From Mobula hypostoma (lineage: Eukaryota): a stretch of DNA of 64,000 bases. Where the stretch lies: NCBI RefSeq assembly GCF_963921235.1, contig NC_086097.1:47618001-47682000 (forward strand), written 5' to 3'. Under the pieces are notes generated by a model, which saw nothing but the letters and a program-made list of their open reading frames with translations, made no database searches and was not told where the DNA came from. Of this stretch, positions 12,865-25,917 are shown in pieces; the stretch's first letter is position 1; each line of letters opens with the position of its first letter. The position numbers and the translations under genes were made by a program.

Positions 12865-13611
12865 CAGCGGTCTCCAACCACCAGGCCGCGGACCGGTACT
12901 GGGCCGCAAAGCATGTGCTACCGGGCCATGAGGAAACACTACGAGTCAGCTGCACCTTTCCTCATTCCCTGTCGCGCACTGTTGAACTTGAACATAGGGT
13001 TGCCAACTGTCCCATATTTGCCGGGACATCCCGTATATTGGGCTAAATTGGTTTGTCCCGTATTTCCCCCGCTAAGGTAGAGCGTTCCTATGAAACCTTT
13101 CGTGCCGAACTAGCGTAAAGCGAAGAAGCAATTACCATTAATTTATATGGGAAAATTTTTTGAGCGTTCCCAGACCCAGAAAATAATCTACCAAATCATA
13201 CCAAATAGCACATAAAACCGAAAATTAATAACACTAACATATAGTAAAAGCAGGAATGATATGATAAATATACAGCCTATATAAAGTAGAAATAATGTTA
13301 TGTATAGTTGGGAAGATGAAGGCAAAACCGATTCGTGGAAAAAAAATTGGCACGTTCACACATGTGCACATGGATGCCCGTGCAAGGTTTCATGGTCAAG
13401 GTAGTCTTTACTGGGGAAAGTGTCCCAGGATTTGACTGCTACTTTTGTCCCTCATTTGGGAGTGAGAAAGTTGGCAACCCTAACTGTAAAAGATACGTTG
13501 AGGTGAGTTTAACCCTACTTGAACACCCCCCCAACCCCCTCCCCTCCCGGTCAGCAAGAATATTGTCAATATTAAACCAGTCCGCGGTGCAAAAAAGGTT
13601 GGGGACCCCTG
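12865..13611 (+). mobile_element. hAT (Charlie-like) non-autonomous element containing a second TIR element
   Basis: Outer TIRs cagcggtctccaacc / ggttggggacccctg match at 13 of 15 positions. A perfect inner 14-bp TIR pair tagggttgccaact spans 12995 to 13482. Confidence 0.8.
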
Positions 13612-13635
13612 CTATACGGGATCACCCTTGTGCCG

Positions 13636-14248
13636 TACTTCCCCTGCTAAGGTAAGCGTTCCTATGAAACCTCTCGTGCCGAAGTAGCGTAATGCGAAGA
13701 AGCAATTACCATTAATTTATATGGGAAAAATTTGAGTGTTCCCAGACCCAAAAAATAACCTATCAAAGCATAACAAATAACACAACACCTAAAATAATTC
13801 TAACATACAGCCTATATAAAGTAGAAATAATGTATGTACAGTGTAGTCAGGAAGATTAAGCCAAAACCGATATGTGGGAAAAAAGAATCGGCACGTACAC
13901 GCATGCGTGCATCATGCATGCGCACACAGGTGTCCATGCAAGGCTTCGTGGTCATGGTAGTCTTTCTCGGGGTAAACACAAGCGTCCCGTCAACACACAC
14001 AAAATGCTGGTGAACACAGCAGGCCAGGCAGCATCTATAGGAAGAGGTACAGTCGACGTTTCAGGCCGGGACCCTTCGTCAGGATTTAACTGCTACTTTT
14101 GTCCCTTATTTGGGAATGAGAAAGTTGGCAACCCTAACTGTAAAAGGCAAGTTCAACCCTACTTGAACACCACCCCCAGTCGGACGGTCCGCAAGAATAT
14201 TGTCAACATTAAACCGGTCTGCAGTGCGAAAAAGGTTGGGGACCCCTG
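13636..14248 (+). mobile_element. Second, left-truncated copy of the composite hAT element with a Penelope terminal-repeat insert (~13990-14084)
   Basis: Colinear with ~13060-13611 and ends in ggttggggacccctg. Confidence 0.8.
14048..14085 (-). ncRNA. Minimal type I hammerhead ribozyme motif (Penelope terminal repeat)
   Basis: Minus strand: CTGACGA-AGGGTCCCGGCCT-GAAA-CGTC-GACTG. Core boxes are intact, helix III is the palindrome ACGT, and the cleavage triplet is GUC. The 5' arm of helix I is truncated by the insertion edge. Confidence 0.7.
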
Positions 14249-15126
14249 CTACATAGTTTTAGCAAAGGGTTGTGTGATTGATAAACCAACCATAATAAGA
14301 TACTTTAAAAAGAAACTTACAACTAACACATTATTGAGAAACAGCAGTAAACTATGATTCATTTAGAAAATCTTGAAATACATACGTATAATCAACTTGA
14401 TTAGATCCTGCTGAAAATAGCGACTTAAACACAAATCTTGAGGAGTTACTGCTTTTTATTTTGTTCAAATTAACTTCCTCTTCAATCTGCATGACTAACC
14501 ATAGTTGATACTTGCGTTTAAACTTTACTTTCAATTGCTCTTAAGCAGCCACAATGAAAATTTTTCTTCAATCTACCAGTAGGTCCTCTGTAGTATCCAA
14601 TCCAATTTCAAATATACATTCCTAGATTTATTAGTTTTCCCCACTATAAACAGACAAGCCTGTATGGAAAGCTGTGTTTGCAGATTATCTAAACACAGTG
14701 TACCATACCATGTTTATTTGGTGTGTGAGGATAAGACAAGGTGATATCAGTTTAGTGTGTCTCAGCATTAAATTTCTGCAATGTACATGAACTAAAGCTC
14801 TTTTAATGGGCACCTACTAATAGAATTCTTATACAATCATATTCCTAGATTTTTCGCACATTTAAAGATGCACATAATTTAGGCACATTTAGTTTTAGTA
14901 AAATGAGATACTCCTACAACATCCAATTTGGAAGGATGCTCTGCTCCTAGATCACAATGCGAATTATCTACCCCCTTCTCTCATTCTTCCTGTGAGGAAG
15001 AACCTAGTCACGAGTTAGTACTTCCTTAAAAAAAACAGAATGTGAACTGGAATCCTAGAGACAAAGTTGTACTGCACAGATGAACTTCAACCCACTAGAA
15101 CCACCTCAACTACTTTTCCCCAACTA

Positions 15127-15697
15127 CATCATCATCAGGTGCCATGGCCAGTTTGAGCTTTGATTGCCATGGCCCACAGACTCCTGTTTCAGGTCAAGTG
15201 GATCAATTCACTGGTATTCATTTCCAGTTCTCTGGCTGCTGTCTCTGTCATCATTTGTCTTTGCCTTCCTCTTGCCTTCTTCCCTTCAATCTTTCCCATA
15301 ATTACCGTGCATTCTAACTCCTCTTTCCTAGTCACATGTCCAATGAAGTCACATTGCTTTTTCATGATCTTATACATTATTTCTCTTTTTGTGAATTATC
15401 TGAAATTATTGTTTTCACTGCCAACTTTGATTCCCAAGATGTCTTATTTTTTGTAATATTGTTTCACTGTACACATTAAATCGAGAGAAAACACACCCTT
15501 GTCTAAACACCCTTGACTTTTGTAAATTGACTCACTTCTCCATCTATTCTTACAGCAGCAGTTTGTTCCCAGTACAGATTTCTGATTAGGCAGAGATCTT
15601 TCGAATCTAGATCTAGAATTTCCTGTAAGATTTCAAATAACTTATTATGCTTCACTTTATTGAGTGCTTTTGTGTAGTCGACAAAACAAACAAACAA
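15127..15697 (-). mobile_element. RTE (BovB-like) LINE fragments with (GAT)n tail
   Basis: ORFs give CFVDYTKAL...NLYWEQTAAVRIDG and FIGHVTRKEELEC..GKIEGKKARGRQR. The 3' end closely matches 55202-55465. Confidence 0.85.
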
Positions 15698-16999
15698 ACC
15701 TTTCCCAACTACACTAATTCCATTTATGCATACTTGATCTGTATCCTTCTAGGTTTTTTCTATTCAAGTACCTATCTAAAAGTCACCTATGCAGTGATTG
15801 TATTTGACTCCACTACCTGCTTTGGCAGCAAGTTCCAGATTCATCCACTCTTAAAACTCTGTTCTCTCATCTTAAACTTGTGTCTTTGTTTTTGATGTTT
15901 TACTATGAGGAAAAGATTCTAACTATCTACCCTATTTATGCCACTTATAATTTTATATATCTCTATCAGGTCACCCCTCAGCCAACTTTGTTTCGGGGAC
16001 TCAAGCCCAACTTATACAATCTCTCCTGCAAATAAATTCCTGGCAACATTCTGGCGAATCTCATCTGCACCCTCCCTAATGCAACCACATGTTTCTTATT
16101 ATTAAATTAAAAACTGCAGGAAATACACATTGAGTGAAATCATATCTGCAGGAAGAGAAACAAGACAAACAATTCAAGTTAAAGTCCCTTTGTCAAAACT
16201 GGGAAGGAGACAAAAGCAGCATGTTAAACTGCGTGGAAAAAGGGAGAGGATTTATTTAGGATGGTGTAAAACTAGGGCAACTGTGGTGATACGTTAACAA
16301 CCTGATGTGAATATATGATTAATAAATTTGTAGTTGACACTAAAGTTGGTGGTTTTTATGTCCTTCATATAGTGTGATGATCATAAGTGCACACACTATT
16401 CCAAGAATGACAAACAAGGGTAACAGCGAGATCTCTGCAGTACACCATCGGTCACAGACATTCAATTAGAAAGCGTCCTTCCACCACCCGCTGCTCTGTT
16501 GCCCAGCTATTTTTGGATCCAAATAGTCAGCTTTGGATCCCAACTGCCTTAACCTTTTGGGCCATCCATCTTGTGGGAGCTTGTCACATGCCTTAATAGA
16601 AGTCCATAGAAACAACATCCATCACCTTAATTAATCAAAAAGAAAACATTAGTGAGGCAGTTTTCCCTGCACAAAACCATGCTGACTATGCCATGATTTT
16701 CTCCAAGGAGTTTCCTACAACTGACACATGCCTCACCGGCCTTTAGTTATCCAGCTTACCCCGCTACCCTTCTTAAATAAAGAAACAGCATTACCTATCC
16801 TCCATTCTAAACTGGAATAGCTATTGTTGTGAGACCAGACTGTTGAATCACTAAGTATTGAACCGAAGGAGCTGTAATGGCTTCTACGGTTGTAAGAATG
16901 GGTGGATCCTAATATGTGATAATCTGTGATAAGTGAAGTGCATAAGGAAAACCGCAGGAAAAGTTCATCCGGTTGAGAAATCTGTTCATGCATGTTTGG

Positions 17000-19900
17000 A
17001 AGTTGGAAGTTTAACATCCATGGATACATTTTGTATTGAACGGACAGGCAGGTAGGTGGTGGGAGGTGAATCTGTTGATGAAAAATTAAACTAAATCCTT
17101 AGAAAGAGGTGACATACAATCCGAAGATGCAGTATCATTGTGGGTGGAGTTATGAAACTGCAAGGGTACAAAGAACCTGATGGAAGTTATGTATAGGCCT
17201 GCAAACAGTAGCCAGGATGTGGACTACAAATTACAATGGGAGATAGAAAATGCAGGTCAAAAAGGAGATATTACGATGGTCATGGGGGATTTCAATATGC
17301 AGCTAGATTGGGAAAATCAGGTTGGTGCTGATTTTAGATCTCAAGAGAGATAAATTGTAGAATGCCTACCAGGTGGCTTTTTAGTCAGCTTGTGGTTGAA
17401 CCAACTAGGACATTATGTCATGGAACCTTATCATTAACCAAGGGACCCATGGACCACAGGTTTGGGAACCCCTGCACTAGGCGATTAGCTATTCAGGATT
17501 GGAGAACGTTGTGTAATGAGCTAGATTTGATTAGGGAGCTTAAGGTAAAGGAAGCCTTTGGAGGCAGAGATTATAATATGATAAGAATTCACCCTGCAAT
17601 TTGAGAGTGAGAAGCTAAAGTCAAATGTATCAGTATTACAGTGGAGTAAAGGGAATTATAGAGGCATGAGGGAGCAGCTGGCCAAAGTTGATTGGAAGGA
17701 GACACGAGCTGGGATGACAACAGAACAGCAATGGCTGGAGTTTCTGGGAGCAATCTGTAGGCATAAGATAGATACATTCCAAAGAAGTAGTAGTATTCTA
17801 AAGACAGGATGATGCAACTGTGGCTGACAAGTCAAAGCCAACATAAAAAGTAAATAAGATGGCATATAATAGAGCAAAAAATAAGTGGGAAGTTAGAGGA
17901 TTGGGAGGCTTAAAAAAAAATCAATAAAAGGAAACTAAAAAAGCCATAAGGAGGGAAAAGATTAAATATGATTGTAAGCCAGCCAATCATATCAAAGAGG
18001 ATATCAAAAGAGTAAAAAGTGAGGCAACAGTAGATATTGCACTAGTGGAAAAATGACATTAGAGTAGTAGTAATGGGACGAGGAAATGGCGGACAAATTG
18101 AACAAGTACTTTGCATCAGTCTTCATTGAGGAAGACACTAGCAATATACCCGATGTTCAGAGGGTCAGGTGGCAGAAGTGAGTGCAGTTGCTATTAACTA
18201 GGGGAGATTGTTCTTAAGCTGAAAGGTTACCCCCACTAATAAAAACAATTCAATTATATTCTGAGGTATCTGGTTATAAAATCAACTGCAATAAATCTGA
18301 GGCTATGCCAATGTCAAAATTGTGTTATTAAAATACAGCATCTCAGTTTAATTTCAGATGGGTGCCAGTTGGAATGAAGTATCTAGGGGTCAAACTCAGT
18401 CAGAATTTGGATGAAATAATTACTTTAAATTATGATCCATTATTGAGTAGGATAAGAAATAATCTGCATATGTGGGGGGCGCTGAGACTGTCACTCTAGT
18501 CAATGTAGTTAAAATGGTCATAGCACCTCAGTTTAACTATCTTTCTACGATGCTTCCTTTAAATGTATCAGATTTAATCTACAAACATTGGTACAAGCAA
18601 TACAACAAAATTATCAGTGATTTTTCTGTGGGATAAGAAGAAGCCCAGAATTAAAATGAGTAAGATGTGTATGTCCAGGGACATGGGTGGGGTCACTCCA
18701 CCAGACATCAGGACATATAAATTATCCTTTGAAATGACCAAATTAGCTAAATATCGGGACAGGGCTGATGTTGATTTAGATTGGGTAATTATAGAATGGA
18801 GCCTGGCTGCACCACATTCGTCCCTTAACATCCTCTCACAACACGTGGAAAACAAGACTTATCTAAATCCTATACTATTTCACTCAAGGAGTGTGTGGAG
18901 TACAATTCATAAAGCCTGTAGAATGTCATATTTAAACCAGTTATACTCCTCGCTCTGGAATAACCCTAAGATATGCATCGGGAAAAGAATGGTGTACTGG
19001 AAAGAATGGAAGATTAAAGGTGTAAATACAGTATGTGATCTCTATGAGAATGGGATTTTTATGTCATATGTGGACTTGCAGAGGAAATATAACTTTGCAG
19101 ACAAAGGGAATTTTTGGAAGTATTTACAAATAAGACATTGCATTAGTAGCATATTTAAGAACGGTGACCCACAAAGTAACTCTAACTGAATACTTTACAT
19201 TACCACAGGAAGTTCATAAAGCATCAGTGTTTCATAAAATGTTCAAGCACTCTGTGGGTGAATCGTATACAATCTCAAAGCAGTATGGATCTTGGAAGCG
19301 ATATTGAAGATAATGAGTGGTCAAATATTTTATCAAATGTGGTTAGGCATATTAGGGAAGCAAGAGGAAAATTTATTCAGTACAAGATAGTACATAAATA
19401 TTATTGGACACCAACTGGACTGTACAAAATGGGGATTGTTGATAATAATTTATGTTGGAAATGTAAAAATGAGGTGGGCACATATTTTCACATGATTGGG
19501 AGTGTTCCATGGTTCGTCCATTTTGGTGTAAAGTTCTTGATCTGTTGGAGAATTGGTCAGGTTCCACACTGCCCTTGTGCCCACAGCTTTGTCTCCTGGG
19601 TGATAGGACAATTATACCTAATGTAAACAATGACAAATTTACTATTTTAAAGGTGGGTCTCATCACAGTTGCAAAAATTATATTGCAAAACTGGAAAAAA
19701 CCCAGATGTCCCACTGTGAAGGAATGGACTGAGGAAATGATTAAGATTTCATCATATGAACACATGTTGGGAAGAATTAACAGTGAGGGAAAAGTGCAAG
19801 ATGTGTGGGATCAATTTTGGTTGTATGTTAATTTAAACTTAAATTAAAACTTCTTTCTGTCTCTAAATTTTATTTGTTTTCCTGTCATGGGATGGCTGTG

Positions 19901-20995
19901 TAAATACGCTGTACTGTATCTGCTTTGTGATATGCTGTGCTGCTTTGTACAATAAGAATAAATAATGATAAAATTTTGAATTAAAAAAAGCTGAAAGGTC
20001 TGGAGGTAGATCAGTCAGCTGGATCAGATGGGCTACACCCCACAGTTCTGAAGAAGGGTATCTGAAGGGATTGTGAAGGCATTAGTAATATTCTTTCAAG
20101 CATCAGTATATTCTGGCATGGTAAAGAACTGGAAAACTGCACGTTATTCCACTTTTCAAGAAGGGAAAGAGGCAGAAGAAAGGAAATTATAGGCCAGTTA
20201 GCCTGACCTCATTGGTTGGGAAGATGTAGGGAGTTGATTGTTAAGCATGAGGTTTTGGGGTTCTTGGAGGCACATGATTAAATAGGCTAAAGTCAGCATG
20301 ATTTCCTGAAGGGAAAATGTTGCCTGACATTTGTTGGAATTCCTTGAGAAAATAACAGGCAGGACAACAAAGGAAAATTGGATTTTCAGAAGGCCATTGA
20401 CAAGGCGCAGTACATGAGGCTGCTTAGAAAGATAAGATGCCAAGGTATTAAAGGAGCCTTGGATAGAATGGATAGAACATTGGCTGACTGGCAGAAGGCA
20501 AGGAGTGCGTATAATGGGAGCCCTTTCTGATTGACTGCCGGTGATGAGTGGTGTTCTATAGGAGTCAGTGTTGGGACTGCTTCTTTTTACATTGTATGTC
20601 AATGATTTGGATGACGGAATTGCTGGCTTTGTGGCCAAGTTTGTGGATGATAGCAAGATACCGTAGATGGAGGGGAAAGTAGAGTTGAGGAATCAGGGAG
20701 ACACAAAAGGATTTGGACAGATTAGGAGAATGGGCAAAGAAGTGGCAGATGGAGTAGTGTCGGGAAGTGCATGGTCATGCACTTTGGTAGAAGAAATAGG
20801 AGGATAGACCATTTTCTAAACAGGAAGAAAATTCAAAAATCAGGGGTTGATAGGTTCCTGATTAGTCAGAGTGTGAGGTTACGGGGAAATGGCAGGATAA
20901 TAGGGTTGAGAGGGAAACAGATCAGCCATAATCAAATGACGGTGTAGACTTAATGGGCTAAATGGCCTAGTTCTACTCCTGTCTCTTATGGTCTT
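17000..20995 (+). mobile_element. Degenerate CR1 LINE (endonuclease to 3' end), interrupted by L1 and a short hAT MITE remnant (~17415-17474)
   Basis: Endonuclease motif MGDFN (catgggggatttcaat) and RT segments colinear with the CR1 at 39560-41835. Confidence 0.85.
18228..19987 (+). mobile_element. L1/Tx1-clade LINE, 5'-truncated ORF2 C-terminal half
   Basis: Motifs SGYKIN, KYLGVKL, FLWDKKKPRIK, GG..PDIRTY and the zinc knuckle CWKC..GTYFH, followed by an A-rich tail. 12-bp TSD aagctgaaaggt at 18216-18227 and 19988-19999. Confidence 0.9.
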
Positions 20996-21167
20996 TGATA
21001 TCTTTATAACATTAAGCAGTTTCTTTTTAAAATGTCACAGAAAATAATTTACTTTATAATTAAATACCAATACAGAATGATTTACAATAAATTAACATAT
21101 TTTCCATTAAAGATTGTTTCTTGGAGATGTATTCAGTTAGATTTGTCAAAAATCTAAAAAGTTCTAC

Positions 21168-21269
21168 CTTGGCTACCAACATCTGTTGCTGTGCCTCAAT
21201 CTGATGTTGCTGTCTTGAAGCCATTTCTTGCAGCTCTGAAAGGGTCATCTCTACTCGAGGATTACCACC
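21168..21269 (-). CDS. PPP1R13B: ASPP1 coding exon (exon 5 equivalent)
   Basis: [34 protein letters not shown]. Acceptor ctatAG, donor GTagaa; 102 nt, phase 0 to 0. Confidence 0.93.
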
Positions 21270-22179
21270 CTATAGTGTTATAGAAAATTATTAAAGGAAA
21301 AGTCTAAAGTTATTTAACTCTGGCTATAAACCCAATATCCTATTATATCAATTAAATCAACTATCCATGAAGTATGATTTCTTACTCTATTACCTAATAT
21401 TTTATTCCAAGTGTTTGTTCAATGATCAAAATGCTTAAACTGCTCCGCCATCAATTGTATTTTTAACTTCACAGAACTGTTTTTCCACTTACTAACAGAA
21501 ATGTAACAATTGACTCTGATGGAACACTTTTTAATGAAGATAAACTTTTGTACATTAATTGAAAGCTGTTCACAATAACAATAACATTGCTGTAGATAAT
21601 GCTTGTTAATTTTGAATCCATCTCATTTTTGTGGATATCATCTCTGTCAAACAAAGAACGTTCCATTATTTATAAATTTGGGCTCAGAAGGTTAACTTGT
21701 CTGTGTTGAGTGATTTGATGGTAAATTAAGTAACAGCAGTGGCTCTATAATCAGCCTCAGTATATTTGTTTCAAAGATAGATGAAAACAGATCAAAAAGC
21801 ATCAATGCTCCTACCAGTGAGAGTAATTTTGACTGAGTGTGTGCACATGATTGTCATACAAAATAAATGGAGTAAATGTTGGAGAAATTAAAATGGGTTC
21901 TTTGGCCAAATTTCCAGTCACTTTAAAACACTGTTCATTTACAGTCAATGAAAAGAACTTGGCAGGATACACTGGATGAATTCCTCTGGCAATAACTATT
22001 AGGAAGTAATATACAGTTTTTTTTTGCACAGTAGTGGTATCGGTAGTCTTCTAATTTGTTCTGTATTTTGTTTAAATACATAATTTGTTACTCAGTCAAA
22101 TGGTAGCTTATGCTTTTTTATATCTTTTTTATATCTCTTTTAAAACTATTTCCATGAAAGTTCGGCTAACTGGGGCAGC

Positions 22180-22250
22180 CACACACACACACATAAATAC
22201 GCAAACTAACACAGACACACACACACAAATACACTCACACAACTACATCT
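22180..22250. repeat. Degenerate (CA)n microsatellite
   Basis: Interrupted acacacac runs. Confidence 0.7.
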
Positions 22251-23207
22251 ACAAATGACATGAAATTCAAAAATACAAATAAAATGGAATCAAACAGTTG
22301 CAGATGCTGGGCAATACTTATGGAGGAAAATGTGGACTATAAAACCTTTTTGGTCTAGACTCTTGATCCATTTCCATAAAAGAAGATGGAATTCAATTGC
22401 AAAAGATTCTTAGATTTTAAGGACTTCAGAAAGTAGTTTTAATCTGTTACGCAACTTCAAAACTGAATACAACTGCCAAGTGTCTGAAGGTGTCCTTGAA
22501 ATGATTTAACATTGAAAGGAATGCTGCTTAACATTTTTCAGATTTGCATGTTGTCAGGACACAATGTTCCAAATTCGCATTGCCAGTTTAACAAACAGTG
22601 TTCACATTCTACAGAAGGAGATGAATAGGGCCAGGAATGTACTAGCTGATAACAAAGTGCCTTAGGAAGATAGTTCTGTGTTAACTATAAAGCTATTCTG
22701 AAGTCAACATAACAAAATTCAATAGTGTCATTCAGGACAGTTAGCAGGGTTATGATGCTCAGAGCTGGATAATGTATGTCTGTTAACAGTACATTTCTGT
22801 ACTGGGCTCAAGCCTGATTACTAAATCTTATGTTGTTTTAAAAATAAGTATTAAAGTCTCTCTTGTGGCATTTATCAACACAAGTCAGTTGGGTGTTTAA
22901 ACTCCATTGTAATAACAAAAACTCTTTTGGCATATACTGTAAAAACATCATCCCGTAATCATTACCCCAATTCTCTAATCAATCATTCTGTTCTACATCT
23001 TCTCATTGTCACTGACCAGTATCATGGAAACACTATGAAAATAATAGCTGGCATAAACACAAGTGATTCAAGTCAAGTTTTGAAAATTAATTCATGTTAC
23101 AAGTCAATTAAGTTACTCTTAAATTCCCTTGGAGCCTCACTTGTGTGGATTTGCTAGCCATGCTGTATATTCTCTCACTGGCTGAGGAATAGCTGGCAGA
23201 GAACATA

Positions 23208-24229
23208 AACACAAAATAATCTGCAGATGCAGGGGTCAAAGCAAAACTCACAACACGCTGGAGGAAATCAGCAGGTCGGGCAGCATCCGTGGAAACGATC
23301 AGTCGACTTTTTGGGCCGGAACCCTTCACCAGGACTGTTGGGGGAAGGGGCAGAGGCCGAGGCCCTATAAAGAAGGTGGGGAGAGGGTGTGAAGGAGAAG
23401 GCTGGTAGGTTCCAGGTGAAAAACCAGTAAGGGGAAAGATAAAGGGGTGGGGGAAGGGATAGGCAGGAAAGGTGAAGAAGGAATAGGGGAAAACACAATG
23501 GGTAGTAGAAGGAGGCAGAACCATAAGGGAGGTGATAGGCAGCTGGGGGAGGGGGCAGAGTGAAACAGAGATAGGGGAAGGGAGGGGGAGGGAATTACCA
23601 GAAGTTGGAGAATTCTATGTTCATACCAAGGGGCTGGAGACTACCTAGACGGTATATGAGGTGTTGCTCCTCCAACCTGAGTTTAGCCTCATCATAGTAG
23701 TAGAGGAGGCCACGTATGGATATATCTGAATGGGAGTGGGAAGCAGAGTTGAAGTGGGTGCTACTGAGAGATCCTGTCTGTTGTGGCAGACGGGGCAGAG
23801 GTGCTCGATGAAGCGGTCCCCCAATCTGCGTCGGGTTTCACCGATGTAGAGGAGGCCGCACCAGGAGCACCGGATGCAATAGATGACCACAACAGACTCA
23901 CAAGTGAAGTGCTGCCTCACTTAGAAGGACTGTTTGGGGCCCTGAATGGTGGCAAGAATGGAGGTGTAGGGACAGGTGTAGCACTTGCGCTTACAGGGAT
24001 AAGTGCCAGGTGGGAGATCCGTGGGGAGGGATGTGTGGATCAGGGAGTTGCAGAGGGACTGATCCCTGCGGAAAGCGGAGAGGGGTGGAGAGGGAAAGAT
24101 GTGCTTAGTGGTGGGGTCCTCTGACCCTTCCCTCTACAGTCCTGACGAAGGGTTCCGGCCCGAAATGTCAACTCATCATTTCCACAGATGCTGCCCGACC
24201 TGCTGAGTTCCTCCTGCATGTTGTGAGTG
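23208..24229 (-). mobile_element. Penelope-like retroelement, GIY-YIG C-terminus with an inverted terminal repeat
   Basis: ORF 23645..23920 FTCESVVVIYCIRC..CGLLYIGETRRRLGDRFIEH (GIY-YIG). 24121-24229 is an inverted copy of the left terminal repeat. 14-bp TSD tggcagagaacata at 23194-23207 and 24230-24243. Confidence 0.92.
24137..24173 (+). ncRNA. Minimal hammerhead ribozyme motif in the inverted Penelope repeat
   Basis: cagtc-CTGACGA-agggttccggccc-GAAA-tgtc-aact. Core boxes are intact; two CpG-type changes weaken helices I and III. Confidence 0.6.
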
Positions 24230-24725
24230 TGGCAGAGAACATAGCTGCTTTATAACTGGCATCATACAAACATACATATTAGCATAATAAATAAGCTTTG
24301 CCATTTAAAAAATCATAGCTACTCAGACTGCAACTTCTACTCCTGTATTATCACCTGTGTAATCTTTTACCCTTTGCTTCTCAAATATCAACTTACTTCC
24401 ACGTTAAAAATATTTAGAGACTCTGCTTTCACTACCCTCTGAAGAAACGTTTCATAATCCTCAGACAAAACAATTCCTCAAATAGGTAGTCAATTATTTT
24501 AAACAGTTACCGCTTGTTATGGATTCTCCCGAAAGAAATATCCCTTGCACATTCACTGTCAAGGTCCTTCAGAATCTTATATTTTGTTATCAAATTATCT
24601 CACATTGTTTAAAACTCAAAAGGATGCAACTGTGTCTGTCTGACCCTTCTTCACAGGGAAACCAAATAGCTCATCCTAGATATCTGTTGAATAAACCTTC
24701 TCTGAACTGCTTCCAATATACTAGC

Positions 24726-25917
24726 TGAGGATGCCATCATCTACCTGCTGAACCGTGTCTACGGCCACCTGGACAAGCCAGTGAGCACAGTGAGGGTCAT
24801 GTTTTTTGACTTCTCCAGTGTGTTCAACACCATCCGCCCTGCTCTGCTGGGGGAGAAGCTGACAGCGATGCAGGTGGATGCTTCCCTGGTATCATGGATT
24901 CTTGATTACCTGACTGGCAGACCACAATACGTGTGCTTGCAACACTGTGTGCCCGACAGAGTGATCAGCAGCACTGGGGCTCCACAGGAGACTCGTCTCC
25001 CTTTCTCTTCACCATTTACACCTCAGACTTCAACTACTGCACAGAGTCTTGTCATCTTCAGAAGTTTTCGGATGACTCTGCCATAGTTGGATGCATCAGC
25101 AGGGGAGATGAGGCTGAGTACAGGGCTACAGTAGGCAACTTTGTCACACGGTGTGAGCAGAATTATCTGCAGCTTAATGTGAAAAAAACTAAGGAGCTGG
25201 TGGTAGACCTGAGGAGAGCTAAGGTACCGGTGACCCCTGTTTCCATCCAGGGGGTCAGTGTGGACATGGTGGAGGATTACAAATACCTGGGGATACGAAT
25301 TGGCAATAAACTGGACTGGTCAAAGAACACTGAGGCTGTCTACAAGAAGGGTCAGAACTGTCTCTATTTCCTGAGGAGACTGAGGTCCTTTAACATCTGC
25401 CGGACGATGCTGAGGATGTTCTACGAGTCTGTGGTGGCCAGTGCGATCATGTTTGCTGTTGTGTGCTGGGGCAGCAGGCTGAGGGTAGCAGACACCAATA
25501 GAATCAACAAACTCATTCGTAAGGCCAGTGATGTTGTGGGGATGGAACTGGACTCTCTGACGGTGGTGTCTGAAAAGAGGATGCTGTCCAAGTTGCATGC
25601 CATCTTGGACAAAGTCTCCCGTCCACTACATAATGTACTGGTTGGGCACAGGAGTACATTCAGCCAGAGACTCATTCCACCAAGATGCAACACAGAGCGT
25701 CATAGGAACTCATTCCTGCCTGTGGCCATCAAACTTTACAATTCCTCCCTTGGAGGGTCAGACACCCTGAGCCAATAGGCTGGTCCTGGACATTTCCTGG
25801 CATAATTTACATATTACTATTTAACTATTTATGGTTTTATTACTATTTAATTATTTATGGTGCAACTGTAACGAAAACCAATTTCCCTCGGGATCAATAA
25901 AGTATGACTATGACTAT
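24726..25917 (+). mobile_element. Rex1/Babar LINE, 5'-truncated RT with (TATGAC)n tail
   Basis: Motifs EDAIIYLL, TVRVMFFDFSS.FNTI, GAPQ, KFSDDSAIVG, LNVKKTKELVVD, YKYLG, with one frameshift. AATAAA is followed by tatgactatgactat. Inserted into an old CR1. Confidence 0.92.

Noticed and set aside
23108..24124. ORFs 23108..23524, 23268..23498 and 23783..24124 as host genes
   Set aside because: They are alternative-frame or antisense readings of the Penelope element.
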